A stretch of DNA of 64,000 bases, taken from positions 640,001 through 704,000 of the forward strand of contig JAYFMW010000017.1 of assembly GCA_042408215.1 (NCBI GenBank), in the 5' to 3' direction. This DNA is from Microcoleus sp. GTDB taxonomy: Bacteria; Cyanobacteriota; Cyanobacteriia; Cyanobacteriales; Microcoleaceae. Shown here one piece after another: positions 42,801-54,259 of this stretch. The position numbers and the translations under genes are program-made. Positions within the stretch are counted from its first letter, which is position 1. Each line of letters starts with the position of its first letter. The notes under the pieces were generated by a model that saw nothing but the letters and a program-made list of their open reading frames with translations, was not told the DNA's origin and did not search any database.

Positions 42801-44418
42801 TTTGATTTCGCCTCCTCCTCACCACGACATTTATTCGATCGAAGATTTGGCTGAATTGATTCACGACTTGAAAAATTCCAACCGGGAAGCGCGGATTAGC
42901 GTCAAACTGGTGTCGGAAGTGGGAGTTGGGACGATCGCGGCTGGGGTTGCGAAAGCCCACGCCGATGTCGTGCTAATTTCCGGCTATGACGGCGGTACCG
43001 GCGCCTCGCCACAAACTTCGATCAAACACGCCGGTTTACCTTGGGAGTTGGGATTGGCGGAAACTCACCAAACCCTGGTTTTGAATAATTTGCGATCGCG
43101 CATTGCTGTTGAAACCGACGGACAACTAAAAACTGGCCGCGATGTAGCAATTGCTGCATTGCTTGGTGCGGAGGAATTCGGTTTTGCGACGGCGCCACTG
43201 GTGACTTTGGGCTGCATTATGATGCGCGTTTGCCATCAAAACACTTGCCCCGTGGGCGTTGCGACGCAAGACCCACTTTTGCGGAAAAACTTCACGGGCG
43301 ATCCGCAACATACGGTAAACTTTATGACCTTTGTGGCTCAGGAAGTCCGGGAAATTATGGCGCAGTTGGGTTTCCGCACCCTGAATGAAATGGTGGGGCG
43401 CACCGATGTTTTGGAAGGGAAACAGGCGGTGGAGCACTGGAAGGCTAAGGGTTTGGATTTCTCGAACATCCTTTACCAGCCGGAAGTTGGGGCGGATGTC
43501 GGGCGCTATTGTCAGATGGCGCAGGATCATGGTTTAGAGAAGTCGATGGATATGACGGTGTTGTTGGATTTGTGCAAAGGTGCGATCGAAAACGGCGAAA
43601 AAGTGCGCGCCAAACTACCGATTACCAACGTCAACCGGGTTGTGGGCACAATTCTCGGTAACGAAATCACCAAACGCCACTGGGAAGGCTTACCCGATGA
43701 CACCGTGCACCTGCACTTCCAAGGTAGCGCTGGACAAAGCTTTGGCGCATTCGTACCCAAGGGAGTCACCCTAGAACTCGAAGGCGAAGCTAACGACTAT
43801 TTGGGCAAAGGCCTCAGCGGTGGCAAAATCGTGCTGTACCCGTCGCCAGTTGCCACCTTTGTCGCAGAAGAAAACGTGATTGTCGGCAACGTAGTGCTTT
43901 ACGGAGCGACATCTGGCGAGGTTTTCATCCGGGGGATGGCGGGCGAACGTTTTGGGGTGCGTAACTCCGGCGTGAATGCGGTAGTTGAGGGTGTCGGCGA
44001 TCACGGTTGCGAGTACATGACTGGTGGCAAAGTTGTGGTTTTGGGTGCCACCGGGCGCAATTTTGCAGCGGGTATGAGTGGCGGTGTTGCTTACATTTTG
44101 GATGAAGCGGGGGATTTTGCAACTCGTTGCAATATGTCGATGGTAGGTTTGGAAAAGTTGGAGGATGCTGAGGAAATTGCAGATTTGCGACAGTTAATTG
44201 AGACTCATTTTGATTTGACTGGAAGTGCGATCGCATCGAAGGTTTTGGCAAATTGGGATGCGATGGTGCCGGTGTTTGTGAAGGTGATGCCGCGGGATTA
44301 TAAGCGGGTGTTGGAGGCCATTGAAAGGGCGATCGCTGCGGGTTTAAGCGGTGATGATGCGCTGACGGCTGCGTTTGAAGAAAATGCTCGCGATGTGGCC
44401 AGGATTGGCGGTAGCTAG
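39832..44418 (+). CDS. gltB: Glutamate synthase large subunit
   Basis: CGVGF amidotransferase start, [45 protein letters not shown]. Confidence 0.95.
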   Translation: MNNNGLPPKQGLYDPQFEHDACGVGFIVQVKGNKSHEIVEQGLTILLNLDHRGACGCEPNTGDGAGILMQVPHKFLKKAAAAQNIELPEAGEYGVGAIYSSRDRTQRENGKRIFAEIAAEESCPVLGWRDVPTDNSSLGDTAKASEPFMQQVFVSRAAGMDEAAFERKLYVIRKRAHNAIRRTKVDPYWYNSTLSCRTIVYKGMLMPVQVGDYYPELHDPDMESALALVHSRFSTNTFPSWERSHPYRYIAHNGEINTMRGNINWMHARQSMFESELFGDDLKKIPNLINIEGSDSTIFDNALELLTLAGRSLPHAVMMMIPEPWTAHESMSDEKKAFYEYHSCLMEPWDGPASIAFTDGTSIGAVLDRNGLRPSRYCVTKDDIVIMASEAGVLPIAPERIASKGRLQPGRMFLVNTAEGRIVSDEEIKHQIASEHPYREWIDKHMVEIAKLPDATQLVESDPETLLQRQMAFGYTFEELRLLLAPMARDGVEAVGAMGADTPLAVLSNRPKLLYEYFQQLFAQVTNPPIDSIREEIVTSAETTIGAERNLLKPEPESCHLIELKTPILSNEELAKLKQVSEGNFKSVTIGILFDPKTGVKGLEQALEDVFDAADSAIASGVNILILSDRGINADQAPIPALLAVAGLHHHLIRQGTRTRAGLVLESGEPREVHHFATLIGYGCGAINPYLAFETIADSIRQGLLVNVDTKTACKNYVKAASKGVTKVASKIGISTIQSYRGAQIFEAIGLNKSVVNKYFTWTASRIEGVDLEVIAQEAILRHTHAFPDRPSSGHTLDVGGEYQWRKEGEAHLFSPQTIHALQQAVREGSYPLFKQYSGLVNEQNQQHFTLRGLLEFKQRESIPIEEVEPVESILKRFKTGAMSYGSISQEAHESLAVAMNRIGGKSNTGEGGEDPDRYTWTNDRGDSKNSAIKQVASGRFGVTSLYLSQARELQIKMAQGAKPGEGGQLPGKKVYPWIAKVRHSTPGVGLISPPPHHDIYSIEDLAELIHDLKNSNREARISVKLVSEVGVGTIAAGVAKAHADVVLISGYDGGTGASPQTSIKHAGLPWELGLAETHQTLVLNNLRSRIAVETDGQLKTGRDVAIAALLGAEEFGFATAPLVTLGCIMMRVCHQNTCPVGVATQDPLLRKNFTGDPQHTVNFMTFVAQEVREIMAQLGFRTLNEMVGRTDVLEGKQAVEHWKAKGLDFSNILYQPEVGADVGRYCQMAQDHGLEKSMDMTVLLDLCKGAIENGEKVRAKLPITNVNRVVGTILGNEITKRHWEGLPDDTVHLHFQGSAGQSFGAFVPKGVTLELEGEANDYLGKGLSGGKIVLYPSPVATFVAEENVIVGNVVLYGATSGEVFIRGMAGERFGVRNSGVNAVVEGVGDHGCEYMTGGKVVVLGATGRNFAAGMSGGVAYILDEAGDFATRCNMSMVGLEKLEDAEEIADLRQLIETHFDLTGSAIASKVLANWDAMVPVFVKVMPRDYKRVLEAIERAIAAGLSGDDALTAAFEENARDVARIGGS

Positions 44419-44431
44419 GGTTTAGCATCTA

Positions 44432-45415
44432 GCCCAAGAAACCCCGCGCCTAGCCAAGAAACCGGGTTTCTTGGAAAATTCACGCCTCCCCAGGAGATTT
44501 TCCGCAGAAACCCGGTTTCTGAGGCCCCCGCGCCTAGTCCAAGAAACCGGGTTTCTTGGAAAATTCACGCCTCCCCAGGAGATTTTCCGCAGAAACCCGG
44601 TTTCTGAGGCCCCCGCGCCTAGTCCAAGAAACCGGGTTTCTGCGATAATCTTGGCATCACCACCGAGATTTAGGAAGAAACCCGGTTTCTGAGGCCCCCG
44701 CGCTTAGTCCAAGAAACCGGGTTTCTCTGAAAATTCACGCCTCCCCAGGAGATTTTCCGCAGAAACCCGGTTTCTGAGGCCCCCGCGCCTAGTCCAAGAA
44801 ACCGGGTTTCTCTGAAAATTCACGCCTCCCCAAGAGATTTTCCGCAGAAACCCGGTTTCTGAGGCCCCCGCGCCTAGTCCAAGAAACCGGGTTTCTGCGA
44901 TAATCTTGGCATCACCACCGAGATTTAGGAAGAAACCCGGTTTCTGAGGCCCCCGCGCCTAGTCCAAGAAACCGGGTTTCTCTGAAAATTCACGCCTCCC
45001 CAGGAGATTTTCCGCAGAAACCCGGTTTCTGAGGCCCCCGCGCCTAGTCCAAGAAACCGGGTTTCTGCGATAATCTTGGCATCACCACCGAGATTTAGGA
45101 AGAAACCCGGTTTCTGAGGCCCCCGCGCCTAGTCCAAGAAACCGGGTTTCTCTGGAAAATTCACGCCTCCCCAGGAGATTTTCCGCAGAAACCCGGTTTC
45201 TGAGCCCCACGCGCTAATCCAAGAAACCGGGTTTCTCTGAAAATTCACGCCTCCCCAGGAGATTTTCCGCAGAAACCCGGTTTCTGAGCCCCCGCGCTTA
45301 GTCCAAGAAACCGGGTTTCTGCGATAATCTTGGTGAGGATACCGAAATTTGGGAAGAAACCCGGTTTCTGAGCCCCCGCGCCTAGTCCAAGAAACCGGGT
45401 TTCTGCGATAATTTA
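44432..45415. repeat. REPIN array upstream of RAYT: 11 complete 85-bp doublets plus one single REP
   Basis: CCAAGAAACCGGGTTTC-spacer-AGAAACCCGGTTTCTGAG with two spacer types. Confidence 0.92.
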
Positions 45416-45437
45416 AGCACCCCCACCGATATGCCAT

Positions 45438-46004
45438 ATGCCACGTCGTGAAGTTATCTTGCAAGCGGGTAATTACTACCATGTTTATAACCGAGGTAAT
45501 AACCGTCAGCTTATCTTTTTTGAGCGAGAAAACTATATTTATTTTTTACGAAAATTAAGAAACCATCTGATTACGAATGGTGTCGATATTATTGCCTATT
45601 GTTTAATGCCGAACCACTATCATTTATTAGTTTACCTGAAAACGGATCGCTTTTCAAAGCTGATGCAGTCATTTACCCTATCTTATGTTAAGGCTATTCA
45701 TAAACGCTATCACAGAGTTGGTTCACTATTTCAGGGACGATTCGAGGCGATTCATGTAGATAAAGAAGAGTATTTATTGCACCTAACTCGCTATATTCAC
45801 TTAAATCCAGTCTGTGCTAATATAGTTAAAAAAGCAGAAGATTGGGAGTTTTCCAGCTATCAAGAATATATCGATTTGCGCCGAGGGAGTTTACCTAAAA
45901 TAGATGAAGTGCGATCGCAATTTCAGTCAGCAGAGGCTTATCGCTACTTTTTAGAAGACTTAACTAACGATAAATTAATCCACCATCTAACCTTTGAAGA
46001 ATAG
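45438..46004 (+). mobile_element. REP-associated tyrosine transposase (RAYT / TnpA-REP, Y1 HUH)
   Basis: YYHVYNRG, HUH motif CLMPNHYHLL, LFQGRF, catalytic Tyr in RYIHLNP, WEFSSY; flanked by REP arrays. Confidence 0.92.
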
Positions 46005-46009
46005 CCAAA

Positions 46010-46852
46010 ATCCAAGAAACCGGGTTTCTGCGACAATCTCAACATCCCCACCAAGATTTACGAAGAAACCCGGTTTCTAACTCCCACGCATCGCCCCAAA
46101 ATCCAAGAAACCGGGTTTCTACCAGAATTTACGCATCCCCACCAAGATTTACGAAGAAACCCGGTTTCTAACTCCCCACCCAAAATCCCAAAAATCCAAG
46201 AAACCGGGTTTCTGCGACAATCTCAACATCCTCACCAGATTTACGAAGAAACCCGGTTTCTAACTCCCCACGCGATCGCCCCAAAATCCAAGAAACCGGG
46301 TTTCTACCAGAATTTACGCATCCCCACCAAGATTTACGAAGAAACCCGGTTTCTAACTCCCCACGCGATCGCCCCAAAATCCAAGAAACCGGGTTTCTAC
46401 CAGAATTTACGCATCCCCACCAAGATTTACGAAGAAACCCGGTTTCTAACTCCCAGGCGATCGCCCCAAAATCCAAGAAACCGGGTTTCTACCAGAATTT
46501 ACGCATCCCCACCAAGATTTACGAAGAAACCCGGTTTCTAACTCCCAGGCGATCGCCCCAAAATCCAAGAAACCGGGTTTCTGCGACAATCTCCACATCC
46601 CCACCCAGATTCAGGAAGAAACCCGGTTTCTAACCCCCCACCCAAAATCCCCAAAATCCCAGAAACCGGGTTTCTGCGACAATCTCGGAATCCCCACCCA
46701 GATTTAGGAAAGAAACCCGGTTTCTAACTCCCCACCCAAAATCCCAAAAATCCAAGAAACCGGGTTTCTGCGACAATCTCCGAATCCCCACCAAGATTTA
46801 GGAAAGAAACCCGGTTTCTAACTCCCCACGCGATCGCCCCACGCGATCGCCC
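46010..46852. repeat. REPIN array downstream of RAYT: nine ~92-bp doublets
   Basis: CCAAGAAACCGGGTTTCT-spacer-AGAAACCCGGTTTCTAAC. Confidence 0.92.
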
Positions 46853-46855
46853 CAT

Positions 46856-49800
46856 TTACCGGCTCTGCTTGGAAATGAACTTCCCATGAAACGCCACTTT
46901 TCGTAGTTCTTCTGCTCCTAAGACGATCGGTGGACAAACCAGCAATACCAGCCATTGCCAGGGTTCTAAAGGTGCTGTCGAAAAAATGCGGCTCAAAAAT
47001 GCGTTATTGCTAACGATCGCCACTAAGACCCATTCAATAGCAATTCCGAGCCAGATTTGTCGATTAGAAAAGAATCCAAGCGGCAGAATTGACCCACGTT
47101 CCGATCGACAGGCAAAAACATTGCCCGTTTGAGAAGCCACGACTGATGCCAGAGTCATAGTGATGGCTTGAGTATAGATGGCGATCGTGGCGGCATCTGC
47201 TGAACGAGACAGAATGCTTGGCGTTACGGCTTGTAATTCTGCCAAGCCATAACCGTAACTCCACCACACCAGAAAAAATGCTGCCATCGCCAGAGCAGCT
47301 TCCAACAATCCCAAGAAGCCATAGGCGCGTAACAGTAGGGAGCGATCGAGAAGCGGTTGCGATTTTTTCCGGGGGGGCTGCTGCATGGTTCCGACTTCTG
47401 CCCGTTCTGCGCCCAAGGCCAATGCAGGCACTATGTCAGTTCCTAAATCAATAGCAAGAATCTGCATAATCACCAGTGCAGGAGGAATCTTCAACGCCAC
47501 CATGAACAGGAATGGTACTAATTCCGGCAGGTTTGATGCCAGGATGTAGGTCATAAATTTGCGGATGTTTTGGTGCACGGCTCGCCCCTCCTCAATCGCG
47601 ACGACGATCGTCGCAAAGTTGTCGTCGGTGAGGACAATATCGGCCGCCTCTCGTGCCACATCGGTGCCATTCATCCCCATTGCTATGCCAATATGGGCAG
47701 CTCTTAATGCTGGGGCATCATTGACTCCATCCCCCGTCACCGCCACGACTTCTCCGATATTTTTATAGGCTTCCACCAGTCGCAGCTTATGCTCAGGAGA
47801 CATCCGAGCAAACACTAGCCCCGATCGATATTTCAGAATTTGTTGCAATTGTGCATCCGACAGATGCCCCATGCCTTCACCGGTGACTACCCGTACAGAA
47901 TCGGTCACTAATCCAATTTGGCGGGCGATCGCCTCCGCAGTGAGTCCGTAATCCCCTGTTACCATCGTCACCTTAATTCTTGCCTGATGACACTCAGTAA
48001 GAGCCTCTCTTACCTCTGGACGGGGCGGGTCAAACATCGCCACCAGACCAATAAAGCTCAAATTTTGCTCTAAGTCTTGCGATCGCAAATCCAACATTTC
48101 ACTCCCTCCACGACGAGCCGCCACCCCCAAGACTCGAAAACCCTGCTGGGCCAACCCATCGTTAGCCGCAACTATTTCATTCGAGTCAGATTCAGTGAGT
48201 TCTGAGACAGTTCCATTCCGCAAGATAGATGTGCAGAGTCGCAAGACTTCCAGCGGTGCCCCCTTGGTAAAAGCCAAGTTAGGCAGATCGCTATGACCTA
48301 GCGCGGACGATCGCCAGTCCAACACCACCGTCATCATCCGGCGACGAGAATCAAAAGGCACTTCCCGCAATCGAGGAAGCTGTTTTTGCAAAGTTTCCAG
48401 ATTCAGCCCTGCTTTGGCAGCAGCCACCAGCAGAGCCGCTTCCGTTGGGTCACCAATCTCTTGCCAACGGCTAGGCGCGATCAGGTGAATGAGACGTGCG
48501 TTGGAGCAAAGCGCCGCACCCGTTAGCAAGAAATTGACTTTCCAAGATGCCGCAAAATTCTCAGGTATCTGAACCTCACCAGCCGTAGGATCGTACCCAG
48601 CCCCAGTGACTTCAATCAGATGCGGCGCGATCGAAGGATGGGAATTCTGCTGGCCGCGATCAGGTGGTGAGACTGCTCCAGGTTGGCTGGCAGGATTAAG
48701 GCTGTTCTCCCCAGGCTGGCTGGGAAGCCAGAGATAATGCACCGTCATTTCGTTTTTCGTCAACGTTCCGGTTTTGTCGGTGCAGATGACCGTTGTAGCG
48801 CTCAGGGTTTCCACGGCAGAAAGACGACGCACCAGAGCATTACGACGCACCATTCGTCGCACTCCGATCGCCAATGACAGGGTAACAGTCGGCAGTAACC
48901 CCTCTGGCACCAGCGCCACAATGATCCCGATCCCAAAAATAAAGCTCTCTTTTAGGTCCATCCCCACCAGCAGGTATGTCAGCAGAAACACAATAACTCC
49001 CATACCGAGGGCGATCGCCGTGATGATCCGCACAATGTCAGAAACCTGCACTTCCAACGTGCTGGGTTCCCGTTTCACAACGGCGGTGAGATGGGCGACG
49101 TGACCAAACTCGGTTTGCGCTCCCGTCGCATACACCACAGCAACGCCCCTTCCTGACGAAACCGTCGAGCCGGCCAGCACCAAATTAGCGATTTCCGCCA
49201 GATTGACCTGCTCTTGTAAGGGATGTTCGCCCGCTGGTATGGTTTTGCCAGCCCGGATTGATGCAGCTTCGCGCACCCGCACCGGATAAGCGTTACGCGC
49301 CACAGGAAGGGATTCACCAGTCATTACAGAAATATCCAGATACAGGCTTTCGGCAGTGACTAACCGAGCATCAGCAGAGATGCGATCGCCCTCTTCCAAT
49401 TGCATGACATCTCCACGCACCAGTTCCCGTGCCGGAATCTGCTTCAGTTCCCCATTCCGATACACTTTTACTTGCATCGGTAACACGTTCTTTAAGGCCG
49501 CTAATGCTTGCTCTGCTTGAAATTCTTGCCAAAAGCTGAATACTGCATTAATCCAGATCACCGCCCAAATCGCCCAGCCTAATTGAGGGGTTCCCGAAAT
49601 GAATGCCAAAATCCCTGCCACCCATAACAGCAGGGCCATGAAGTGCCTTAACTGATCGGTAAACTTGAGCCAGAGAGGGCGATGAGCCGGTTCTGGCAGT
49701 TCATTCGCGCCAAATTTTACCAGTCGCTCGTAAGCTTCGTCTTCAGATAGACCGTTCTCGCTGATTCCAAAGGATTGATAGACATCTTCAGCCGATAGAG

Positions 49801-49870
49801 TCCAAATCGGTCGATGAGGTAAATCCATGTGTTTCACCTGAGAAATAGGTACTGAAGTCTGTCTTGGCAT
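46856..49870 (-). CDS. Cation-transporting P-type ATPase (type II)
   Basis: TGES, VPEGL, DKTGTLT, KGAP, MVTGD, TGDGVNDAPAL. Confidence 0.95.
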   Translation of the reverse strand: MPRQTSVPISQVKHMDLPHRPIWTLSAEDVYQSFGISENGLSEDEAYERLVKFGANELPEPAHRPLWLKFTDQLRHFMALLLWVAGILAFISGTPQLGWAIWAVIWINAVFSFWQEFQAEQALAALKNVLPMQVKVYRNGELKQIPARELVRGDVMQLEEGDRISADARLVTAESLYLDISVMTGESLPVARNAYPVRVREAASIRAGKTIPAGEHPLQEQVNLAEIANLVLAGSTVSSGRGVAVVYATGAQTEFGHVAHLTAVVKREPSTLEVQVSDIVRIITAIALGMGVIVFLLTYLLVGMDLKESFIFGIGIIVALVPEGLLPTVTLSLAIGVRRMVRRNALVRRLSAVETLSATTVICTDKTGTLTKNEMTVHYLWLPSQPGENSLNPASQPGAVSPPDRGQQNSHPSIAPHLIEVTGAGYDPTAGEVQIPENFAASWKVNFLLTGAALCSNARLIHLIAPSRWQEIGDPTEAALLVAAAKAGLNLETLQKQLPRLREVPFDSRRRMMTVVLDWRSSALGHSDLPNLAFTKGAPLEVLRLCTSILRNGTVSELTESDSNEIVAANDGLAQQGFRVLGVAARRGGSEMLDLRSQDLEQNLSFIGLVAMFDPPRPEVREALTECHQARIKVTMVTGDYGLTAEAIARQIGLVTDSVRVVTGEGMGHLSDAQLQQILKYRSGLVFARMSPEHKLRLVEAYKNIGEVVAVTGDGVNDAPALRAAHIGIAMGMNGTDVAREAADIVLTDDNFATIVVAIEEGRAVHQNIRKFMTYILASNLPELVPFLFMVALKIPPALVIMQILAIDLGTDIVPALALGAERAEVGTMQQPPRKKSQPLLDRSLLLRAYGFLGLLEAALAMAAFFLVWWSYGYGLAELQAVTPSILSRSADAATIAIYTQAITMTLASVVASQTGNVFACRSERGSILPLGFFSNRQIWLGIAIEWVLVAIVSNNAFLSRIFSTAPLEPWQWLVLLVCPPIVLGAEELRKVAFHGKFISKQSR

Positions 49871-49955
49871 ATTTTCAGACGAATTTGTGTAAACTTAATT
49901 TTTCTTACAATATCTATCCGCTTGAACTGCCACAGTACAGATGATTTCTCTACCT

Positions 49956-51275
49956 TTAATAGCTGGTAAAAGTATAGGCATTTATGACAGTGCCATGGGA
50001 GGCGTTGAGTCCCTCCCCCTTCGCTTTTACTTCGAGCGGATTGACCCGCCTCGGCTGAACTACACAGCTCCCTATCCCATCGCTAAAAGCATTTGGGATT
50101 GCTTTTCTCAAAATATTATAAGACCCGTTAACATCGGCATTAATCAATTGACCCGACGATGTTCTATACAATCCTCTCTTAATTCGCTGACCACTAAATG
50201 TGACATCGAAGGTTCCAATATACCCGTACACAGGAATTGGATCTAAATTCAGGAAGTTCGATTGGGAAGTGTAGGATGCTTCTTGTTCTACGATCTTTAT
50301 TCCGATCAATTCAGCTTTGTACTTCAACATTTCAATTAGTCGAGCATGAGGAATGTTTACAAAGCTTTGATTAGTTTTCCTTCCTAAATCAAGCTCGTTT
50401 TTCCATTGTGCATTTTTGCCAATTACTAGCGTCCCGATATTTTGTGAGCCGAGAACATTGATGATATACCGACTAGCAGAGTGCAAGTAATTATCGACTT
50501 TTTGATGGCGACAACGGGTTAAACGCTGAATCCGTGATGAAGTTTTGCGACTTCCTTTTAACTGAGATTGTAGTCGTGCCTTACGCTTGTTGTAGAATTG
50601 ATTAATCGATTTCAGTGGTCGCCCGTTAATCAGTAAAGGGACAAATCCCGGCTGATTTGAAGTTAACGCCACTAAATTATTCAGCCCTAAGTCGATACTA
50701 GCTACTAATTCTTTGGGGTTTTCATCAAGCTCAAGGGTGGACTCCGGCTCAGTACAGGCATTGTAAATCACCTCAATTATGTAGGAATCGCATTTTGGCA
50801 CCAATCTAATTTGACAAATTCGCTCTGGTTTGATTTGGGTTTTAATTAAAATATTAGTACCCGACAGCTTGATAATTCCTTTTTTTAGTTCCTTGCTACT
50901 AATCGCCTGAATTGTATAGACGAGAATATTCCGACCCTTGACTTTATCTTTATACTTCGGTAATTTCGGGCGGCCTGTGAATCTCGTGGGTTCATTTTTG
51001 TAAGCTTTGACTGCTTCAAAAAAAGACTTCCAATTCTTGTCTAATATCATTAATATTTGTTGACTTACCTTGGCTGGTAATTCCTTGTATGCTGGATGAG
51101 ATTTCATCAAACGATTCATTTCGTTGTAATTTATATAACCCCATCCATAGACAAAACTCTGACGAATGACGTAGTTAGCGGCATTGTAGAGATTTTTGGA
51201 TTTAAAGGCTAATCCGTCTATTTCAACAAAACGATGTTCTGTGGATTTAATGATGTGTCTCTCTGCTAGTTGCAT
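49956..51275 (-). mobile_element. tnpB: TnpB (IS1341-type, no tnpA), apparently intact
   Basis: KNLYNAANY, RuvC-I SIDLGLNNL, EASYTS, RuvC-III NADVNGSYNILRK; candidate right end TTCAA at about 49922. Confidence 0.88.
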
Positions 51276-51405
51276 TCAGCATCTCCATTTTTTAACGCTC
51301 GCCATAATTCTCGCTTGTCGACCATTCTGACTATATAATACTACCATTGCTTACTACTGCTTACAAACTTAATAAAGTTTTATAATACTGAGCATACTGA
51401 TCGTA

Positions 51406-51663
51406 TAGGACTGACGCACTTTCGACGGTGTTGCCAAGTTTTGAGATTATTCGCAACACTTGCGAATGACAGAATTACATTGAAATGCGTAATACCAATT
51501 TTTTGTGAGGCTGCATAGAATTTGATCCCCCCTAACCCCCCTTAGTAAGGGGGGACAAGAGCGCGTTCAAAGTCAACCCCTACTCACACCCTACTCCCTT
51601 ATTAAGGGGGATTTAGGGGGATCAGAATATGTGCAACGACCCATTAAATTGGTATAAGTCCTA
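51406..51663. mobile_element. MITE with TAGGACTGACGCA/TGCGTAAGTCCTA ends, whose right TIR is split by a 162-bp TACCAATT-type MITE (51493..51654, TSD TAA)
   Basis: TGCG taa|TACCAATT...AATTGGTA|taa GTCCTA. Confidence 0.8.
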
Positions 51664-51673
51664 TTTACAATAT

Positions 51674-52448
51674 TCACTCAAAATTGACTGGGAAACCATC
51701 CTGAAATACCAGCAATTCTCCCGGCTGAATTTTCGTCCAAACTTCATTATCCGTAAGTGGCAAAGTAGCAATTAAAGCCACGCGATCGCCCAAGTTTGTC
51801 AATTCCCGAAAATCCACAGTCACATCTTCATCGATGGAGTGAGCGCTAGCAAAAGGTGCTTGTCTCACAATATAATGCAGATTAGTAGAACAATGCACAA
51901 ACAAGTGTTCTCCATCGGAAAGTAAATAATTAAAAATTCCTTTTTCTGCCAAATTTTTAGTAATTTCGTCCAGTACCGGGTAAAATTCCCTCAGAGTAGG
52001 CTTGTTTTGAGGAAAGCTTTCTCGCAACTTTTCCAAGATCAAACAAAAGGCTTTTTCGCTGTCAGTTTTGCCTACAGGTTTGTAAAACCCAGCACTTTCA
52101 GGATTGAAATTTTCCAGATTTCCGTTGTGAGCAAACACCCAATAGCGCCCCCAAAGTTCCCGACTGAAAGGATGGCAATTTTCCAAAGCAATTTCGCCTT
52201 GAGTAGCTTGGCGAATATGAGCAATGACGTTAGTTGAGTGAATGGGATATCGGCGCACCAACTCAGCGACTGGAGAAGCTAACGGCTGGTTTGGAGTCTA
52301 GAAAAATGCGGTATCCCAAACCTTCAAAAAAAGCGATTCCCCAACCGTCTTGATGAACGTCCGTTTTGCCGCCCCTTGCAGAGAAACCCTCAAAAGAAAA
52401 GCAAATATCTGTTGGAACATTGCAGTTCATTCCTAGTAATTGGCACAT
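51674..52448 (-). pseudogene. Class II glutamine amidotransferase (YafJ-like) with an apparent frameshift near 52281
   Basis: MCQLLGMN...DGWGIAF in one frame; [33 protein letters not shown] in the next. Confidence 0.8.
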
Positions 52449-52675
52449 GACTGTTAATTTTATGAAGTTTGGACTACTCATGCCGCAGCTATTGACAGCT
52501 ACAGACTGGCGATGATACAATTTAGGATTGTCTATAGCTTATCAGATAGCGATCGACATCAAGGAAATCTGATTTGCAGGTCTCAACCAGGAGAATGGAC
52601 GGAATTGGCGATCGTACTTCCTAAGAACATTAGAGCCAGTAAAAACGATCGATGAAATTAACTCTAGTTTAAATA

Positions 52676-53566
52676 TTATCGGGGAAAATCAGAAAGTTGT
52701 TTAATATCCCTCAAAACTATTTGAGGCTTCCCTTTGTACTGTTCTACCTTCCCACTAACATAAACATAGCCACGTCCTAGACCAGCATAACGCTTGTCAA
52801 TCAGCCGCTTCAAAGGTGCCATTTTATCAGTTTCGGCATCCGGTATCCACAAGTCTAATTTATGCTCAAACGAACCCGCATAAATCAGAGCATTACCGCC
52901 GATCCATTTATTAATTCCCGCCTGCAAATCGCAGAAAATAGTAATAGATTTAGCTGTCTCGGAAGCCGCCAAGATTTTGGGATAATCCAAGTTCACAGAA
53001 AACACTTCCGCTGTTGCTTCCGACAAGCGAAATTCTTCGACGATTGAGGCGCGCATCGACCACCAAGGTAACAAATTAGCATAATTGCGAGACGGAATTT
53101 TTGCATTTGTGTTCTGATTCCAAATCACCAGATTGTATGCTTTGGCTACAGCTTCTGCGTCAGTCATTTGGCGGTGATATAATCTCGATCGCCCGTATTT
53201 CACAAAGTAGGGACTCCAGCCCTCTAAAATCAGTTTGAGATTGTAATTTTCCTCGCCTTTATGTACATAACAGAGGAGGCGGTCGTAACGATCGCGGTGT
53301 TTTTCTACAGCCACTTCTATCGGGTCATCTGTATCAAATTCAATATCAACTTTAGCAAGTCCGCCGTCTACTGTCGCAAAGTATTTTTTAGCCATTTCCG
53401 AAGCTTCTTTACCCGCCACAGTTACAGGTTTTGAGCCTCCAGAATAACTTTCTTCCGTATCAACACAAATCAGCCGCAGAGACTCGATTTTGCCGTTGAG
53501 AGAAACTTTAATAGTATCGCCATCAACCACTTGAGTTATTTGGAGGTTCTGAATTCTGGTTGCCAT
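52676..53566 (-). CDS. Thermonuclease (SNase-like) family protein with a C-terminal extension
   Basis: VVDGDTI, LRLICVDTEE, DRYDRLLCYV; tail YVSGKVEQYKGKPQIVL looks OB-fold-like; likely start MATRIQ. Confidence 0.85.
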   Translation of the reverse strand: MATRIQNLQITQVVDGDTIKVSLNGKIESLRLICVDTEESYSGGSKPVTVAGKEASEMAKKYFATVDGGLAKVDIEFDTDDPIEVAVEKHRDRYDRLLCYVHKGEENYNLKLILEGWSPYFVKYGRSRLYHRQMTDAEAVAKAYNLVIWNQNTNAKIPSRNYANLLPWWSMRASIVEEFRLSEATAEVFSVNLDYPKILAASETAKSITIFCDLQAGINKWIGGNALIYAGSFEHKLDLWIPDAETDKMAPLKRLIDKRYAGLGRGYVYVSGKVEQYKGKPQIVLRDIKQLSDFPR

Positions 53567-53800
53567 ATTTTGAACCCTGTTGAACTTGAGATTTGATGCA
53601 CATATCTGCTCTATTCTACACGAGTTTGCTGTTGAATGCAATTAGTGTTATTTTTGGGATTGATTCTTGTCAGTTGTTACATAACTTATAAAATCGGAAA
53701 ACCAAGCCCGAAAATCTGATTCAAAATTGAGAATCTGTCAAAGAACCTCGAAGCAAATAAACGCAGATATTGATTAAATTTATTACAATGAGAAAGAATA

Positions 53801-54088
53801 ATGGCTGTTCTAGAATGTGTAAAATCGGGTGCTAAATTCGGTCAAATTATTCTGGCCGTCGATTTGACTGTTGCTGGTGCTGTCGATCGCACTTTAGCAA
53901 AAATTCAAGACCTAGGATATCACCCAGAAATCCGTCATATCAACTATCCGTCAGGAGTTCACGTCTTAGCAATTCTCCAAGACTCACAGCATTCTGAAGT
54001 AGTCGAGGATGACTACTTGTTAGAAGATTGGCTGCAAGTAAGGTCGCAAATTAACAGCGAGGCCGTTCATCTGTGGCGAGGTAAATAA
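53801..54088 (+). CDS. Conserved hypothetical protein
   Basis: 95-aa ORF with good RBS context, ending VHLWRGK. Confidence 0.7.
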   Translation: MAVLECVKSGAKFGQIILAVDLTVAGAVDRTLAKIQDLGYHPEIRHINYPSGVHVLAILQDSQHSEVVEDDYLLEDWLQVRSQINSEAVHLWRGK

Positions 54089-54114
54089 GTGAATTAACAA
54101 TGACAATCAGATTC

Positions 54115-54241
54115 AGATCCCCCTAAATCCCCCTTAAGAAGGGGGACTTTGACACTCATTCTCTCCCCTTAAGAAGGGGGACGCAAGAACGATCTTGTCC
54201 CACCCCCTACTCCCCTTAAGAAGGGGGGCTAGGGGGGATCT
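54115..54241. repeat. C/G-tract palindromic element (GATCCCCCTAAATCCCCCTTAAGAAGGGGG family)
   Basis: Three CCCCTTAAGAAGGGG cores with inverted GATCCCCC/GGGGGATC ends. Confidence 0.85.
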
Positions 54242-54259
54242 CCGGGTTAAAAAATACCC

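Noticed and set aside
39832..44418. Many antisense and alternate-frame ORFs over gltB, the AAA+ gene, the haemagglutinin gene and acs
   Set aside because: Shadow ORFs of well-supported genes
44432..46852. CRISPR arrays (also 19141-19631 and 22141-22550)
   Set aside because: Units are inverted REP doublets with only a few recurring spacer types, and they flank a RAYT rather than cas genes
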